In this document: piece by piece, positions 13,539-24,769 of the stretch
Layout of the letters: each line of letters starts with the position of its first letter
Position numbering within the stretch: the first letter of the stretch is position 1
Source of the DNA: Vicugna vicugna
Taxonomy: Eukaryota
Direction: 5' to 3'
Assembly (NCBI GenBank): GCA_013265495.1
Contig: MU058337.1
Location: 2,758,686-2,822,685 of the forward strand
Length of the DNA: 64,000 nucleotides
Notes under the pieces: generated by a model
What the model was told of the DNA's origin: nothing
Database searches by the model: none
The model's input: the letters and a program-made list of their open reading frames with translations, nothing else
Position numbers and translations under genes: made by a program

Positions 13539-13940
13539 CTCCAGCCAGCCTGCTGGCGACTGCTTTTCCCTCCTGCTCCCTTATCCTCCGATCTCCAGCA
13601 GACCACATGTGCTACTGGGCTCCGGTCAGCACCACTGCTAACAACAGGAAGCTGCAAATCCAAGCCAGGGCAGCAGGAGCTGGTGGGCCCTCCAAGCATG
13701 CTGGGTCAGTTGTAGATGGCTTCATGAATTGTCCCTTGACTCTGAACTTCATGGAATGAGTCCCAAATGTCTTGGGAAAGACCTCTTTGAATGCACCAAA
13801 TTCTTGCTTACGTTTGGGGGTGGGGTGGGTCTCCATTCATGTCTCTGCATGTGTGATGAGAAATGAAGGAACTGGATCTTTTCCCCTATGTTACATATTT
13901 CAGCCTGCCTTTTCATTCATGTTTTATCACTTGTGCCAGT
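13539..13940 (-). other. Candidate 402-nt exon (probably 5' UTR or first coding exon) of an unidentified minus-strand gene
   Basis: Minus strand has acceptor cttttcc(t)n-aattgcag| before 13940 and donor GAG|GTGAGT after 13539; the interior is non-repetitive and GC-enriched relative to its flanks. Confidence 0.45.
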
Positions 13941-15409
13941 CTGCAATTAAAAAAAAAAAAAAAAAGGAAAAGACAAACTCATTTCTCCAGGCGGTACTCT
14001 ACACCTATTTTCAGTTGGATTCCATCCAAAAGAATGTCCCCATTGCTTGTGCTTATTTAGGGGAACTTAAAACACATGACCAGTCATCTCCCAGGAAGGA
14101 CCAACCGACCATTTTAAGTCATGTGTATCGTTGTGCACCAAGCAGGGATCTGAATCATTTCAAGACCGCTTAGGACAAAGTATATGATACTTGTCACGCA
14201 GCCAAACTTTCCTAAGAGGTCTGTATTAAAATTCTAAACATCGGGAACAACTGTAACAAATTACAAAGGAACATTTCAGGTAATGATAGTCAATTGTTTA
14301 TTCAATATATTTGCCATGAATGAAATTAAGATGTTCATGGTACTTATTTTTAATAAAAGAGTTGAAAAATCACAGTTAATATTTGAATACTATATCAATA
14401 ACTAGCTTCAGTATTACTTAGTACTGTCATCTCATCTAAGCAGACCTAGTTTAGATGTTTAGAAAAAGCATGTAAAAGGTTAATAGGTGAAGACAAGCAA
14501 AGAAAATTTATAATCCCATTAGGACTGTGAAAAGAGCATTGTAGTACTGAGAATTGAAAAAAAAAAGGTATAGGTATTGGAGATATGAAGCTATAAACCA
14601 GTGTGGTCAGTTACAAATTACTAATTACTATTAATTATTTTTAAACCCCAGGATCATTGTAAGTTTTTCTTCAGATATTAAATGGTGAGTCTCTGAAGGA
14701 ATTCTGGAAGTACACTCTTCTAAAACCTCATGCTAGCCTTATTTCATGGCTCAGTTAACCTGATTCAGATTGATGATCTTTTTTGTACTCTATAACATAA
14801 AAATCGGTCACAAGTGACAAGATATTTATTTTGGAAGCAGCGTACTAGCATTCCAAATACAGAGACGTTGAAGTGTATAGATAGAAATATACAGATACAT
14901 TGATATAGACATCAGTATCTATCTATATAGATGATAGTGTGTCTCTGAAACATCTCCTAATCGGGTAGTTCAGGGTGAAATTGATTTATTTCTTATAAGT
15001 CTAATTGGAACAATTTCCAGTAAAATGATTTATCATGATGACAGAGATACATTGACAGTTCAGTAACACTGATCAATGACACTAACCAATGGACAAATGG
15101 TATGTTCTATGCTTTGGAATGGGATCCAGGCATTGACCACTGAAAAGCCATTCTCCGAGGTCTCCAGGTGTGAAATAGTATTTGTGGGCATAAATGTCAA
15201 TCTCATTGTCCATTATTCACTTTAGAATGCAACCTTGCTCTGATATAAATGGTTCAATAAGTCAAATTCTGTGTTAGACTCTAGAGCCGAGGGCGTCTTT
15301 CTTAGTATGGGTGAATATTTGCTTTTGTTTAAATCCCTCTTCCAGGTGGTAAGTTACTTTCCATAAAATCATCCGTGTCACACATTTTCCTTCCCTTTGT
15401 TTCCCCCAC

Positions 15410-15790
15410 TGAATTGGTTAAAGAATGCTAACTGGTATAACAATAATTTCAAAATGTCAGTGGCTTAACAAATGCAGTTTTGCTCCTAATTTACTTCTCA
15501 TTCCAGTAAGGGCCAGTGATGGAGTGGGGTGGAGCTTCAGCAGGGATTTTAAACTCCTTCAATCCAGGAACTGCTCAGTTTCTACACTGTAGACTCCTCC
15601 CCTGGATCCTCTACTTGGAACCAGCAGGAAAGAAGAGTGACAGTTGTAAAAGCCGTAGACGGAAGTTTAAAGGACCAGCTCAGTGGGTGACAGACCCAAC
15701 CTCCTTTTTGAGAGCACAGTCATTAGCCCCATGGATCCACTAGGACTCCTGGAAAATGCAATCTTTCTATAAGCCCTGAAAAATAATAAA
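15410..15790. mobile_element. MLT1 (ERVL-MaLR) solo LTR, old J/K/L-like subfamily
   Basis: taactggtataacaataatttcaaaatgtcagtggcttaacaa at one end and ctggaaaatgcaatctttctataagccctgaaa at the other. Confidence 0.7.
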
Positions 15791-16239
15791 CATAAAAACA
15801 AGAAAAAAAGAGCACTGCAAACAATGTTATTTTTTTCACACACATACAATGTATTATTTCAGAAGTTCTATTTTCACTTCTTTTACTAAATATCTACTAG
15901 AATTATATTACTATTACAATAGACTAGACTCTTATTAATTACTTACAGATTCTTACTTCATGTTTTTCTTTTTCATTTTCCAACAATAACAATAAAAATT
16001 TGGCCTCTTTTTCCCCCAATAGCTAAAAGCAACTTTAATTAGACTCCTTTTGATTCAGTAAATCTTGATGGATTTGCAGCACTGATGCCCAATAAATCTT
16101 CCATAGAAAATGTGTATGTAAACAATACTTATCACTTAATGATTAATAGCCACCAAATGCTTGTCTCACATTCATCTCTTTCATATGGATACATGCAGTT
16201 ATTTAATTTCCTACAGAATTTTATCTAGTAACCAAGGGG

Positions 16240-16430
16240 TTAAATTTTACATAGTGGATACTGGAGAAAGTATCATACATCATCTGATACTATGCAGTAT
16301 GAAAATGACATTTTTTTAACCAAAATATTTAACATGAAGTTAAGCAAGTTCCAGGAGCTGACTTCCTCTGTGCAAGAAATACAAGGGATAAGGAATAAGT
16401 CAAATGATGCAATAAAGAAACGATTTGACT
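16240..16430 (+). mobile_element. L1ME 3' UTR fragment (5' part, interrupted by LTR33)
   Basis: ccaaaatatttaacatgaagttaagcaagttccaggagctgacttcc...gaaatacaagggataaggaataagtcaaatga. Confidence 0.7.
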
Positions 16431-16800
16431 ATCTTAATTTTAGAACTCTTCCAAAAGCAAGTCTTGAAACAAAATTTGAGTGCATGGAGTTCATCTACAA
16501 AGTGATAGGAGGAAGCATAAGTAAGAAAAAGGGAAAATTGAGGAAATGGAGGAAGGCCAGTAACATTTATGTTAATTATAAACTTACTGCTGCAGGGAAC
16601 AAAGGCACGATTCCACTGGGGAGGCACTGAGATACCATGCCAAACATAACTGAATTTCTCTCGAAGGGATAGAGAGAGACATTAGGGCATTTACCACTCA
16701 GCTCACACTGATACCCCACCCCTTGTATCCCAGCAGCGCCAACTGCCCTGGTCAAGACGACCTCCAGGGACCCTGAAGAAAGCCCTAAGGCAATGAGGCA
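16430..16800 (-). mobile_element. LTR33-like ERVL LTR
   Basis: aaagcaagtcttgaaacaaaatttgagtgcatggagttcatctacaaagtgataggaggaagc...ttactgctgcagggaacaaaggcacgattccactgggg matches the recalled antisense LTR33 consensus. Confidence 0.7.
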
Positions 16801-16829
16801 GAGACAGAGAAAGAGAGAGATGGAGAGAG

Positions 16830-16945
16830 AAGATCAAATATTAACAAATACTAAATATTGAATCTGGGTAGCGGGCTTATAAATATCCACTGTACCGTTC
16901 ATTCTGTAATCTTTTCTATATCTAAGCAAAATTTTATAACCAAAC
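16830..16945 (+). mobile_element. L1ME 3' terminus (continuation after LTR33)
   Basis: caaatattaacaaatactaaatattgaatctgggtagcgggcttataaatatccactgtac...tcttttctatat. Confidence 0.65.
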
Positions 16946-17469
16946 ATTGGGAGGAGAGAAAGAAAATATTTCACTCCAAACAAGATGCCAATGATATCCT
17001 CACATATTTAAAAAGACTACCCAATAGTAGCCATGATCTTAGAAATTTTGTACATAAGCATCACAGTATTTTTAATGATTGTTTAAAAAGTTCTAAATAT
17101 GTAGGCACTTAATGTCAGATAAATAACATAAGCTTCCTAGATCTCCTTCAAAATATTCACTCTTCAATATAGCCTTATATTTATGGCATTTAAGTTGTCA
17201 CTATAAGATCTTATAAATGTACAGAGAAATAGACACACTGGGAACGTTGAAAAGGTGTATGAATTCTGTCATAAGCTTGGGTCATTATTTTTAAATTCAT
17301 AATGACAACAAGTTAAAATAGAAGTGTATTGTCAGTTAAATGAGGCTGTCCTGATAGGTAGTCACAGTGGAAAAAAGAAGAGCTCGCCTCTCCTAAAAAA
17401 CAAAATGGATCACTAATTTATCAGGTTGCTACTACTTGAGGCAATAGATACTAATGGGTGCAAATGGCA

Positions 17470-18760
17470 TGCTAATTAAATAAAAAATAACCAAAAACCT
17501 AGGGAAGAATACATGCATAGATTTTTCTTAAATCTCCACATTAGTGGGAATCTAGAAGGCTACACACACCGTCAGGGACAACTTCCAGCTGACCTTGAGG
17601 CTCCATGGAGGAAGGAAGGAAAGACTATGAAAGAGTTGCCAACTGCCCAGCTGGGTGTTGAAGGTTTGCCTCAACACATACGCAAGGTCCTAGGTAATGA
17701 CTGATAGGCATTTTGATTCTTGGCATTTAAGGAAATATCCATCCAATGTGTAGCTGACCACTAAGCTAGTGGAACAGGGACTTTAGGGGCCATGATGACA
17801 GAGAATACTGATTATGTGGAATTAGCTCAGAAAAGTCACTAACTAAACAAACAACAACATTTAAAATATTCACCCACAGCAATAAATCTAGGGAAAGGGA
17901 GAGAATCTGATTCCAGTGTTGCCACAGTACTGTATTTAAAATGGCTAACTTAAACAAAAAGTTTCAAGCCATGAGAAGAAACAAGAAAATATGGCCCATA
18001 CACAGGAAAAAATAAGTCAATAGGAACTGTGCCAGAGGGAGCCCAGATTGTGGACTTTTTAGGCAAAAATCTCAAATTAGCTATTTTAAATATATCCAGT
18101 GAGCTGAAAGAAACTATTTCCAAAGAGCTAAAAGAAAGTTTTCATCAACTTGAGAATATCAATACAAAATAGATATAATAAAAAAGAACAAAAACTGAAA
18201 TTTTGGAGTTGAAAAGTATAATAATGGAAGTGAAAAATCCACAATAGAGTCTCAAGAGTAGGTGTAAACAGACAAAAGGAACAGTTTTCATGTTCTTTTT
18301 TATTATTGGTTACTATGAGATATTGAATGTAGTTCCCTGTGCTATGCAAAAGAAACTTGTTGCTTACCTATTTTATTTATAGTAGTTAGGATCTGCAAAT
18401 TTCAAACTCCCAGTTTATCCCTTAAACTGACTATACTTCAATCAATCAATCAATAAAAAAGTTTTTTAAAAAAAGAAATAATCAGCAAACCTGGAGATAC
18501 TTCAGGTGATATTATTCAGTCTGAGGAAAAGAATGAAAAGTAAATGAAGAGAAATGAACAGAGGCTCAGAGTCCTATGGGACAACATTAGGCTTACCAAC
18601 ATACGCACAATAGGAGTTCCAGAAAGGGAGGAATGAAAGAAACGGGAAAGTATACTTCACTAAATAATTCCAAAGTTGACAAAAAATATTAATCTACAAA
18701 TCCAAGAAGCTAAATGCACTCCAGGTAGGCTAAACTCAAATATATCCACATCACAAAAGA
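17470..18760 (+). mobile_element. Old L1M 5' UTR/ORF1 fragment
   Basis: gaatctgattccagtgttgccaca; aagaaacaagaaaatatggcccatacacagg; gagttgaaaagtataataatggaagtgaaaaat; gaacagaggctcagagtcctatgggacaacatt; atccaagaagctaaatgcactccaggtagg. Confidence 0.85.
18284..18476 (+). mobile_element. Young artiodactyl-type L1 3' end with 5' inversion, inserted in the older L1
   Basis: 18284-18423 is the reverse complement of gggataaactgggagtttgaaatttgcagat...catagcacagggaactacattcaatatc; it is followed by sense taaactgactatacttcaat and an A-rich tail. Confidence 0.85.
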
Positions 18761-19019
18761 ACAGAAGAATTTAGTCTGGAACATGGCATATTGTAGGATT
18801 TTCAGTTATAGTTCCATAAATGATGGCTGAATTTTCAGTTTTATAAAGTAATTTCAATTTGACTCATTTTGGTCTATTTTTTATACGTTAACCAGGTGAC
18901 CACTAAACAGCCTGCAAAGTATACTTGAGGTTCATATGTAGTTAATGCTACTATTTATTGGGTATCTGTGAGTTCACTTGATATTTTAAATGACTTTAAT
19001 ATTTATTAAATTTGAATGA

Positions 19020-19160
19020 TTGCCCCATTTTATGGGTGAGAAAATGGAGTCTCAGAAAAGTTAGATAAATACCCTCAAATCAGAAGAGTTATAAATGTTA
19101 AGACTATGATTTAAACCCAGTATTGTCAGACTTTAAATCCCATGTGCTGTTTGCTACTTA
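19020..19160 (-). mobile_element. MIR SINE
   Basis: ccccattttatgggtgagaaaatggagtctcagaaaagttag...gatttaaacccagtattgtcagact. Confidence 0.8.
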
Positions 19161-20451
19161 AATATATCCCTCATAATAAAAATAAGAGAGGGTCTTCATG
19201 CTGTGTTCTATCAAGTCTAACTTGTGGAATTTAAGGTAAGGAAATCTTTAGATTGTGTGCCATATACAGTGTTACAGTGGTTAATGACCAAGTGGCTATT
19301 GAAAAAATGTAATAAAAAAATAGAACAGATAACATCTCAATTTACAAAACGTTATTCAGGAAATGTTTTGAAAACAAGACACAAAGGATATTTTAGCACA
19401 CGTCTCTTTACTAAAGTAAGTTCTATTTTAACAGAGATAAACTGATTCCACATGATTCAAGAATTCATGAGAAAACCTGCTCATTTTTAGATATCCTGCT
19501 GTTTTTTGTCATGAAGGCATAATTAATTATAAAAAGAAATTTTCCACAGAACATGTTGTATGAAAAGTTGAAAAGAAAGGATTCGAAGACAGTCATACTG
19601 GAGACCTATTTTAAGACCATTTATATAAGACATCCCAGGTAATTATACTGCAGAAAGTATCTTTTGCTATTTTTAGGAAGCGTTTGAAGTACTGAATGCA
19701 GAACAAAACCATCAAAATCAGTAGAAATAAAATGTGATCACTTTTCACAGGGATTCTGAAAGAAAACTGCGTAACGGCTGAAAGGCACTCCCTGGGTTAG
19801 GTTAGATGAAATAAACATGGCTTATTATATTGCCACGGAACTCACAGTGTAATGTTTTAGAGAAAAAACTGTCAAAAGTTTTACAGAATGACCTTCCAAC
19901 CTTCACTTCTTATCAAAATTTGTTGAGATTACTCAATATCATGAATGCTTCAACCGTTAATAACCTAGTTTGTGAAGCTAGTTGAGTTGGTGAGAGGCTG
20001 ACACCAATCCAGAGGTAAGGGTTTCTTCTCCATATAGAGCATTTAGCATTGCTCCTGTCAGTTGATTCTAGTTGCTTCTCAGCTCTGTTCTGCTTCCTTG
20101 AAAACTAAATTAAATGAAAAGACATTGGAAATATTTATAAGCTGTGGTTAAAAAAAAAACAACTGTCACATGTGCAAATAAGAGCATCTCTGTCTAATAC
20201 GGAAAACTCTGCTAAAACTGCATAATTTTTGAAGCTATATATGATGAAAACTCTTGTTGTGTTGGTACTGCTATGTTTCTTTTGAAAGAATACCTGTGAG
20301 AGAAACCCAGTAAACTGATAATCAGCTTCCGGAATCTGGGCATGCATAACTTAAGAACTATTAGAGAAGACGAGGCTATGTGTCTTTACTTTCAGGAATG
20401 CTTCTGATAGTCTGAAAAGAAAAGTTGTGATTTAGATAGTCCATATTTAGT

Positions 20452-20484
20452 AAAAAACAAAAACAAAACAAAACAAAACAAAAA
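20452..20484. repeat. (AAAAC)n microsatellite
   Basis: aaaaaacaaaaacaaaacaaaacaaaacaaaaa seen directly. Confidence 0.9.
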
Positions 20485-20485
20485 G

Positions 20486-20648
20486 CAGGATGCTTAGTTA
20501 ACGTTTTATTTTCAGACAAACAACAAGTAATGTGTTAGTGTTAAGTATATCCCAAGCAAATTTGGGATATACTTACACTAAAGCATAATTTTTTTGTTTA
20601 TCTGAAACTAAAATTTATCTCTGCCCAGCATTTTACCTGCCAGTCTCA
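20486..20648. mobile_element. MER53 palindromic non-autonomous DNA transposon
   Basis: caggatgcttagttaa...ttcagacaaacaac...aagtatatcccaa-gcaaat-ttgggatatactt...ttgtttatctgaaa...cagcattttacctgcca; self-complementary and collinear with the recalled MER53 consensus. Confidence 0.85.
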
Positions 20649-22439
20649 GGTTCAGAGTGAGTCAGCAGAAAAATGGACATAAACTAAACAGAATGTGAAT
20701 CTCCAATGTCATAAACTAACTACACACAGTTGTTACAATTATCTCTGTTGTTCTTTGAACAGATACTCATGATTTCTCTTGGCTGGAAGTTATGTAAACT
20801 CTGATTCTCTATTTTAAAAGACTTTAAACATTTTAGAAAAAGGTATGTCTAAAGTTTCATATGATTGAGAAGGATTTTGTTCATAATCTAACTGAAGAGA
20901 GACTAGAAGGAGAAACAGACCAAATTAATTTTACTTGTTACCAAACTCGTTCTTTGAAATTAACTCTTCAGAACTCATTGTATTCTTTTAGTCTAAACTC
21001 TTATATGAAGAGTGTCTTGTTTTATGTTAGTTCTGTTTTTGATACTGAGAACCCCTTAGACAAATATTCAGTTTACAGATTACTCAATATTTTAATCTCT
21101 TTTTTTAGTCTTTTCTCAATTACCTATCATTTCACTATTTCAGAATTCATCATTATCTACGTTTAGAAAGGAATGAAAAACGGTAAAATTCAATGAACCA
21201 GCTTTTCTATTTGATGACAGAAGAATTTAAATACTTTAAAGGTTGAAGCCAGGTTTTAGATTACATATTGGTTTCATTCTCTAATAAAATGAGTAAGTGA
21301 CATTTGGCTGCCTCTAATTTAGAAAAAATCCTCTGAAAAATTATCTGCCAAAAACTAAATTGCACTTCTGCTTAAAGAATATTCATAAAACTGACACTTT
21401 AAATATTTTAGGTGTTAAATACAAAAATATGTATTTAAAATATCATCATATATTACAAAATATTTTGTTTCTTAACTAGCAAGTGTTTGACTTAAAATAT
21501 TTACATTAAATTTATGTATACATAGGTATATACAAACAAAAAATATACATATATACATACCCATTATATTTACATCCATTTGTATAATGATATATAACTT
21601 TTTCTATGTATATAATATGCTGATGATGTTAGTTTTAGTATTTTTATATAAAGGTAAATAGCAAAGATTATATATACCAGTAATTAATGATTTTAGAAAG
21701 CTTTCTCAGGCTTTGTGAAAAATATGTAAAAATCAATGTAATATTTGATGAAATCAATATAAATAAAGGGTCATATATCTATACCCATCTGTCTTATAAC
21801 TATATCAATATCCATATTAAAATCCATATTGAAATATACTTGATCACTCATACAACGCATACTCTAAACTTCTACCAAGAATCGGTAATAGCCTGAGTAT
21901 AAAACCTGAAAATTATGCTATTTTATAAAATAAAATGAAAGAAATAAAATTCTTTGTTAAAAGATTATGGGAAATTTTTCTGAAGAGTATCACCTGAAGT
22001 TCTAGAATCTTTTTTTTTTTGATATTCTCTTTCTCTGCAGACCTGAGTGAATAAATAAGTACAAGACAGATGTTGGCTGACTTTCACCCTCTGGAAACAA
22101 TGGTCAGGTTAATAACTTGGCCTGCCTCTTAGAAAGAAAATTGAAGCCATTCTTCCACTTGGTTTAGACAGTGACCATGAAAAGGAGTTATTATAAGCAA
22201 TGTAATGAAGACCATAACATTTTTGTCATGAGCAAATCTATCTCTGACAGACCTAAATTTCAACTCAAAATCTGAGATTATTCTTCAATGAAGCAAATTA
22301 AATGAAACACTAGAGAACCCCATGCTAAGGAAGGCAGAAGGAAATGCTGCCCAGAGAGGCTCCAGGAAATATGTCTCAAAACTAGCTGTTTTTAATGATG
22401 CATTGCAGAGTCAAAAATTCTGATATAATTCGTCCATCA

Positions 22440-23015
22440 AGCCACAAAATTAGATATACACTGCCACATTTCGTTATCAAGCTTTGTTAGTGAAGGAAGA
22501 CTATGACTTGATTGGGCCCTGAGGGGGCATGTTAGTTGTATGAGCAACGTTTTAGTTATGGTCTCAATAAGAGTTGTTCGAGAAAAAGGGATTCCAGCCT
22601 GGTGTACAGATGGTTCCACAAGGTGTATTGACACTACTGAGAAAAGGATAGTTTCAGCACGATGGTCTAACTATGGGAGGCCCTGAAGGACAGTGGTGAA
22701 GGGAAATCCTCCCAGTTGGCACAACTTCGAGCAGAATACGTTTTTATGCATGTAAAAAGAAACAGCCAAAAAACAGTATTGTACTGATACATGGGCAGAG
22801 AGACAAATGATATGGATGGGTAGACAGGAACTTGGAAAAATGCGATTGGAAATTGGTGACAAAGATTTCTGGAGAGTAGCCCGTGATATGGCATCATTCC
22901 CTGAGGAAATGAGCCAGCCAGGCTGACTACACTGGTCAAGGTGATTACATTGGACCATTTCTATTGCAGAAGGGGCAGAATGTCCTCACTGGCATGGACA
23001 CTTGCTCTGGAGTTT
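22440..23015 (+). mobile_element. ERVL/MaLR internal remnant: RNase H joined to integrase core
   Basis: gcctggtgtacagatggttcc (AWxTDGS); ccctgaaggacagtggtgaagggaaatcctcccagttggcacaacttcgagcag (LKDSGEGKSSQxAxLRA); gtgattacattggacc (DYIGP); gtcctcactggcatggacacttgctctgga (VLTGxDTxSG). Confidence 0.9.
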
Positions 23016-23349
23016 TTGTTGTTGTTGTTTTTCCTCGTTGACTTACCAAGAACAGAGGATGCCCACTTGGGGCAGTTGTTACTGAAGACCCATAATAACA
23101 GGAATGTGACTGTGTTTCCAGAAGCATACTACTGTGCAATCATTTTCTACAACAAATGCTTTCAATCATTGCTAGAATTACACAGGCCTGGAGGAAGTGT
23201 CTGTTTAATTTTGAAATCTCAAGTTAGTCAAAAATATTTAACTATAAGTAGGCACCCCTTTACGAAACAAGTCAACTTTTTCATTTGTTAAACTGAAGTC
23301 CAGACTCCACCTTGTAGTTGGTGAGTTCAAGTGAGTTGGGGTGAGTGTG

Positions 23350-23800
23350 GAAGGAGCCCCTGAGGTGTGACCTGCCCTCTCCAGCCTCGTTTCATATGCC
23401 CATCATCATGGTGCTTCAGACACAGACTGCATCCACTGTCTCCATCAGTCCTTGCTTCCTGCCCCCATCAGCACGGAGTCAGCCACGCTGTTCCCTGAGG
23501 AGCTCACCCTTGTTGCTCTGACGACCTCACACCTATCCTGTCCATCTCAGCTCAGGGCTTCTGAGGAGTCCTGTTCTAACCTCCCAAAGCCCTGCCCACT
23601 GACCCCGCCCCCCGTCCTTAACTTCCTTCTTTTAATATTTGTCACAGTTAAAAATTTACATTTAATTGTATGATCCTTTGCCTATTCTATCTCCCTAACA
23701 AGTGGCAAACTACATGGGAAGGAACTGCCTAATTCACTGAACATGGTACTTCAGCACCTGTCACCTAAGTTGATTATATCTGTTTAATAAATAAATAATG
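23350..23800 (+). mobile_element. L2 3' end
   Basis: cctgccctctccagcctcgtttc...ctccctaacaagtggcaaactacatgggaagg...cagcacctgtcacctaag...tgtttaataaataaataa. Confidence 0.65.
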
Positions 23801-24559
23801 TTTTTCTTGAGGCCTTTATGCCTTCAAAATATTATATGCATTTTTCTTTACAAATAAGACATATTTAATTATTCTGTTTTTAATTTATGTGTTCATTTAA
23901 CAAAATATAATCAAATACGTTTACATTCTATACCAAAACACAGAGATAAGACTGTGTATACTATTTTCTCAATAATGTAATAGAAATTCTTTATTTAGGG
24001 GTTTTATAAAAAAAATGAGAAATGTATTTGAATGAGTAAAGTATAAAATCCAAATTTATACAGTTTTGTTACAGAAACGTTTCATCCTGCATGAGTGTGT
24101 TGAAAGAGAGTATCTCTACCATGTTTTCTTTCATTACTCATGCATTTGAAAATCTTGAGTTTGCCTGTTTGCACCCTGGGGGAGACTTGTAATTTAAATG
24201 TCAGAGCTCTAAATATTTTTAATGTTTCTCTTTTAGTTGGTATAATTATTTTACTTTACTTATAGCATCAAATTTCATGCAGGCTAGATATGTGTTAAAA
24301 ATATACTTTCAAATTATCAAGTAGTTATTAAACACATATCAGCAATATACATCTTTCTTATTTTCTGGACATTAAAATATAAATATGAAAGTCAATTTGC
24401 ATATAAATAAGAATTATTTATCTTATGGAAATTTGAAATGTGTATAGAGATTAGGGATTAATACAAAAGCTATGAAAATGCAGTATTTTAAATAAAGTAT
24501 GATCTGCTTCAACAAATAAATGTTTTTATGTCATTTTTTTAAAAATTACAATGATGAGA

Positions 24560-24710
24560 ATGCATTTATGCATGTGTAAAGAGGAAACTGACAAAATGGC
24601 ATCTGGATCTGAGGAAATTGCCTCCAATGCAGCACAGAGAATAGACAAGACAGACATACAACCTAGGAGGGCAGTTAGGAGCTCGCAGAGGTAACGCAGG
24701 TGCATTACCA
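24560..24710 (+). mobile_element. Small L1M ORF1 remnant
   Basis: gatctgaggaaattgcctccaatgcagcacagaga resembles old L1 ORF1 gatctgaagaaattacccagaatgcagcacagaga. Confidence 0.55.
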
Positions 24711-24769
24711 ATGAAATTTTACTCCTTATGTCTAGTAAGTATCATTATCTCAAAATCTGAAACGTATAT

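Noticed and set aside
13772..14173. 133-aa plus-strand ORF
   Set aside because: Non-ATG start, runs through a poly-A tract (poly-Lys), no recognisable domain, and antisense to the better-supported candidate exon.
15330..15356. ttccag|GTG|gtaagt as a 3-nt microexon
   Set aside because: Similar AG-GT juxtapositions occur several times in the window (for example near 8450, 8850, 29080, 34657), consistent with chance, and there is no plus-strand gene evidence.
24551..24694. Short plus-strand ORF (MMRMHLCMCKEETDKMASGSEEIASNAAQR...) with a GAG|GTAACG donor-like end
   Set aside because: The sequence matches decayed L1 ORF1, so it is better explained as a repeat remnant than as an exon.
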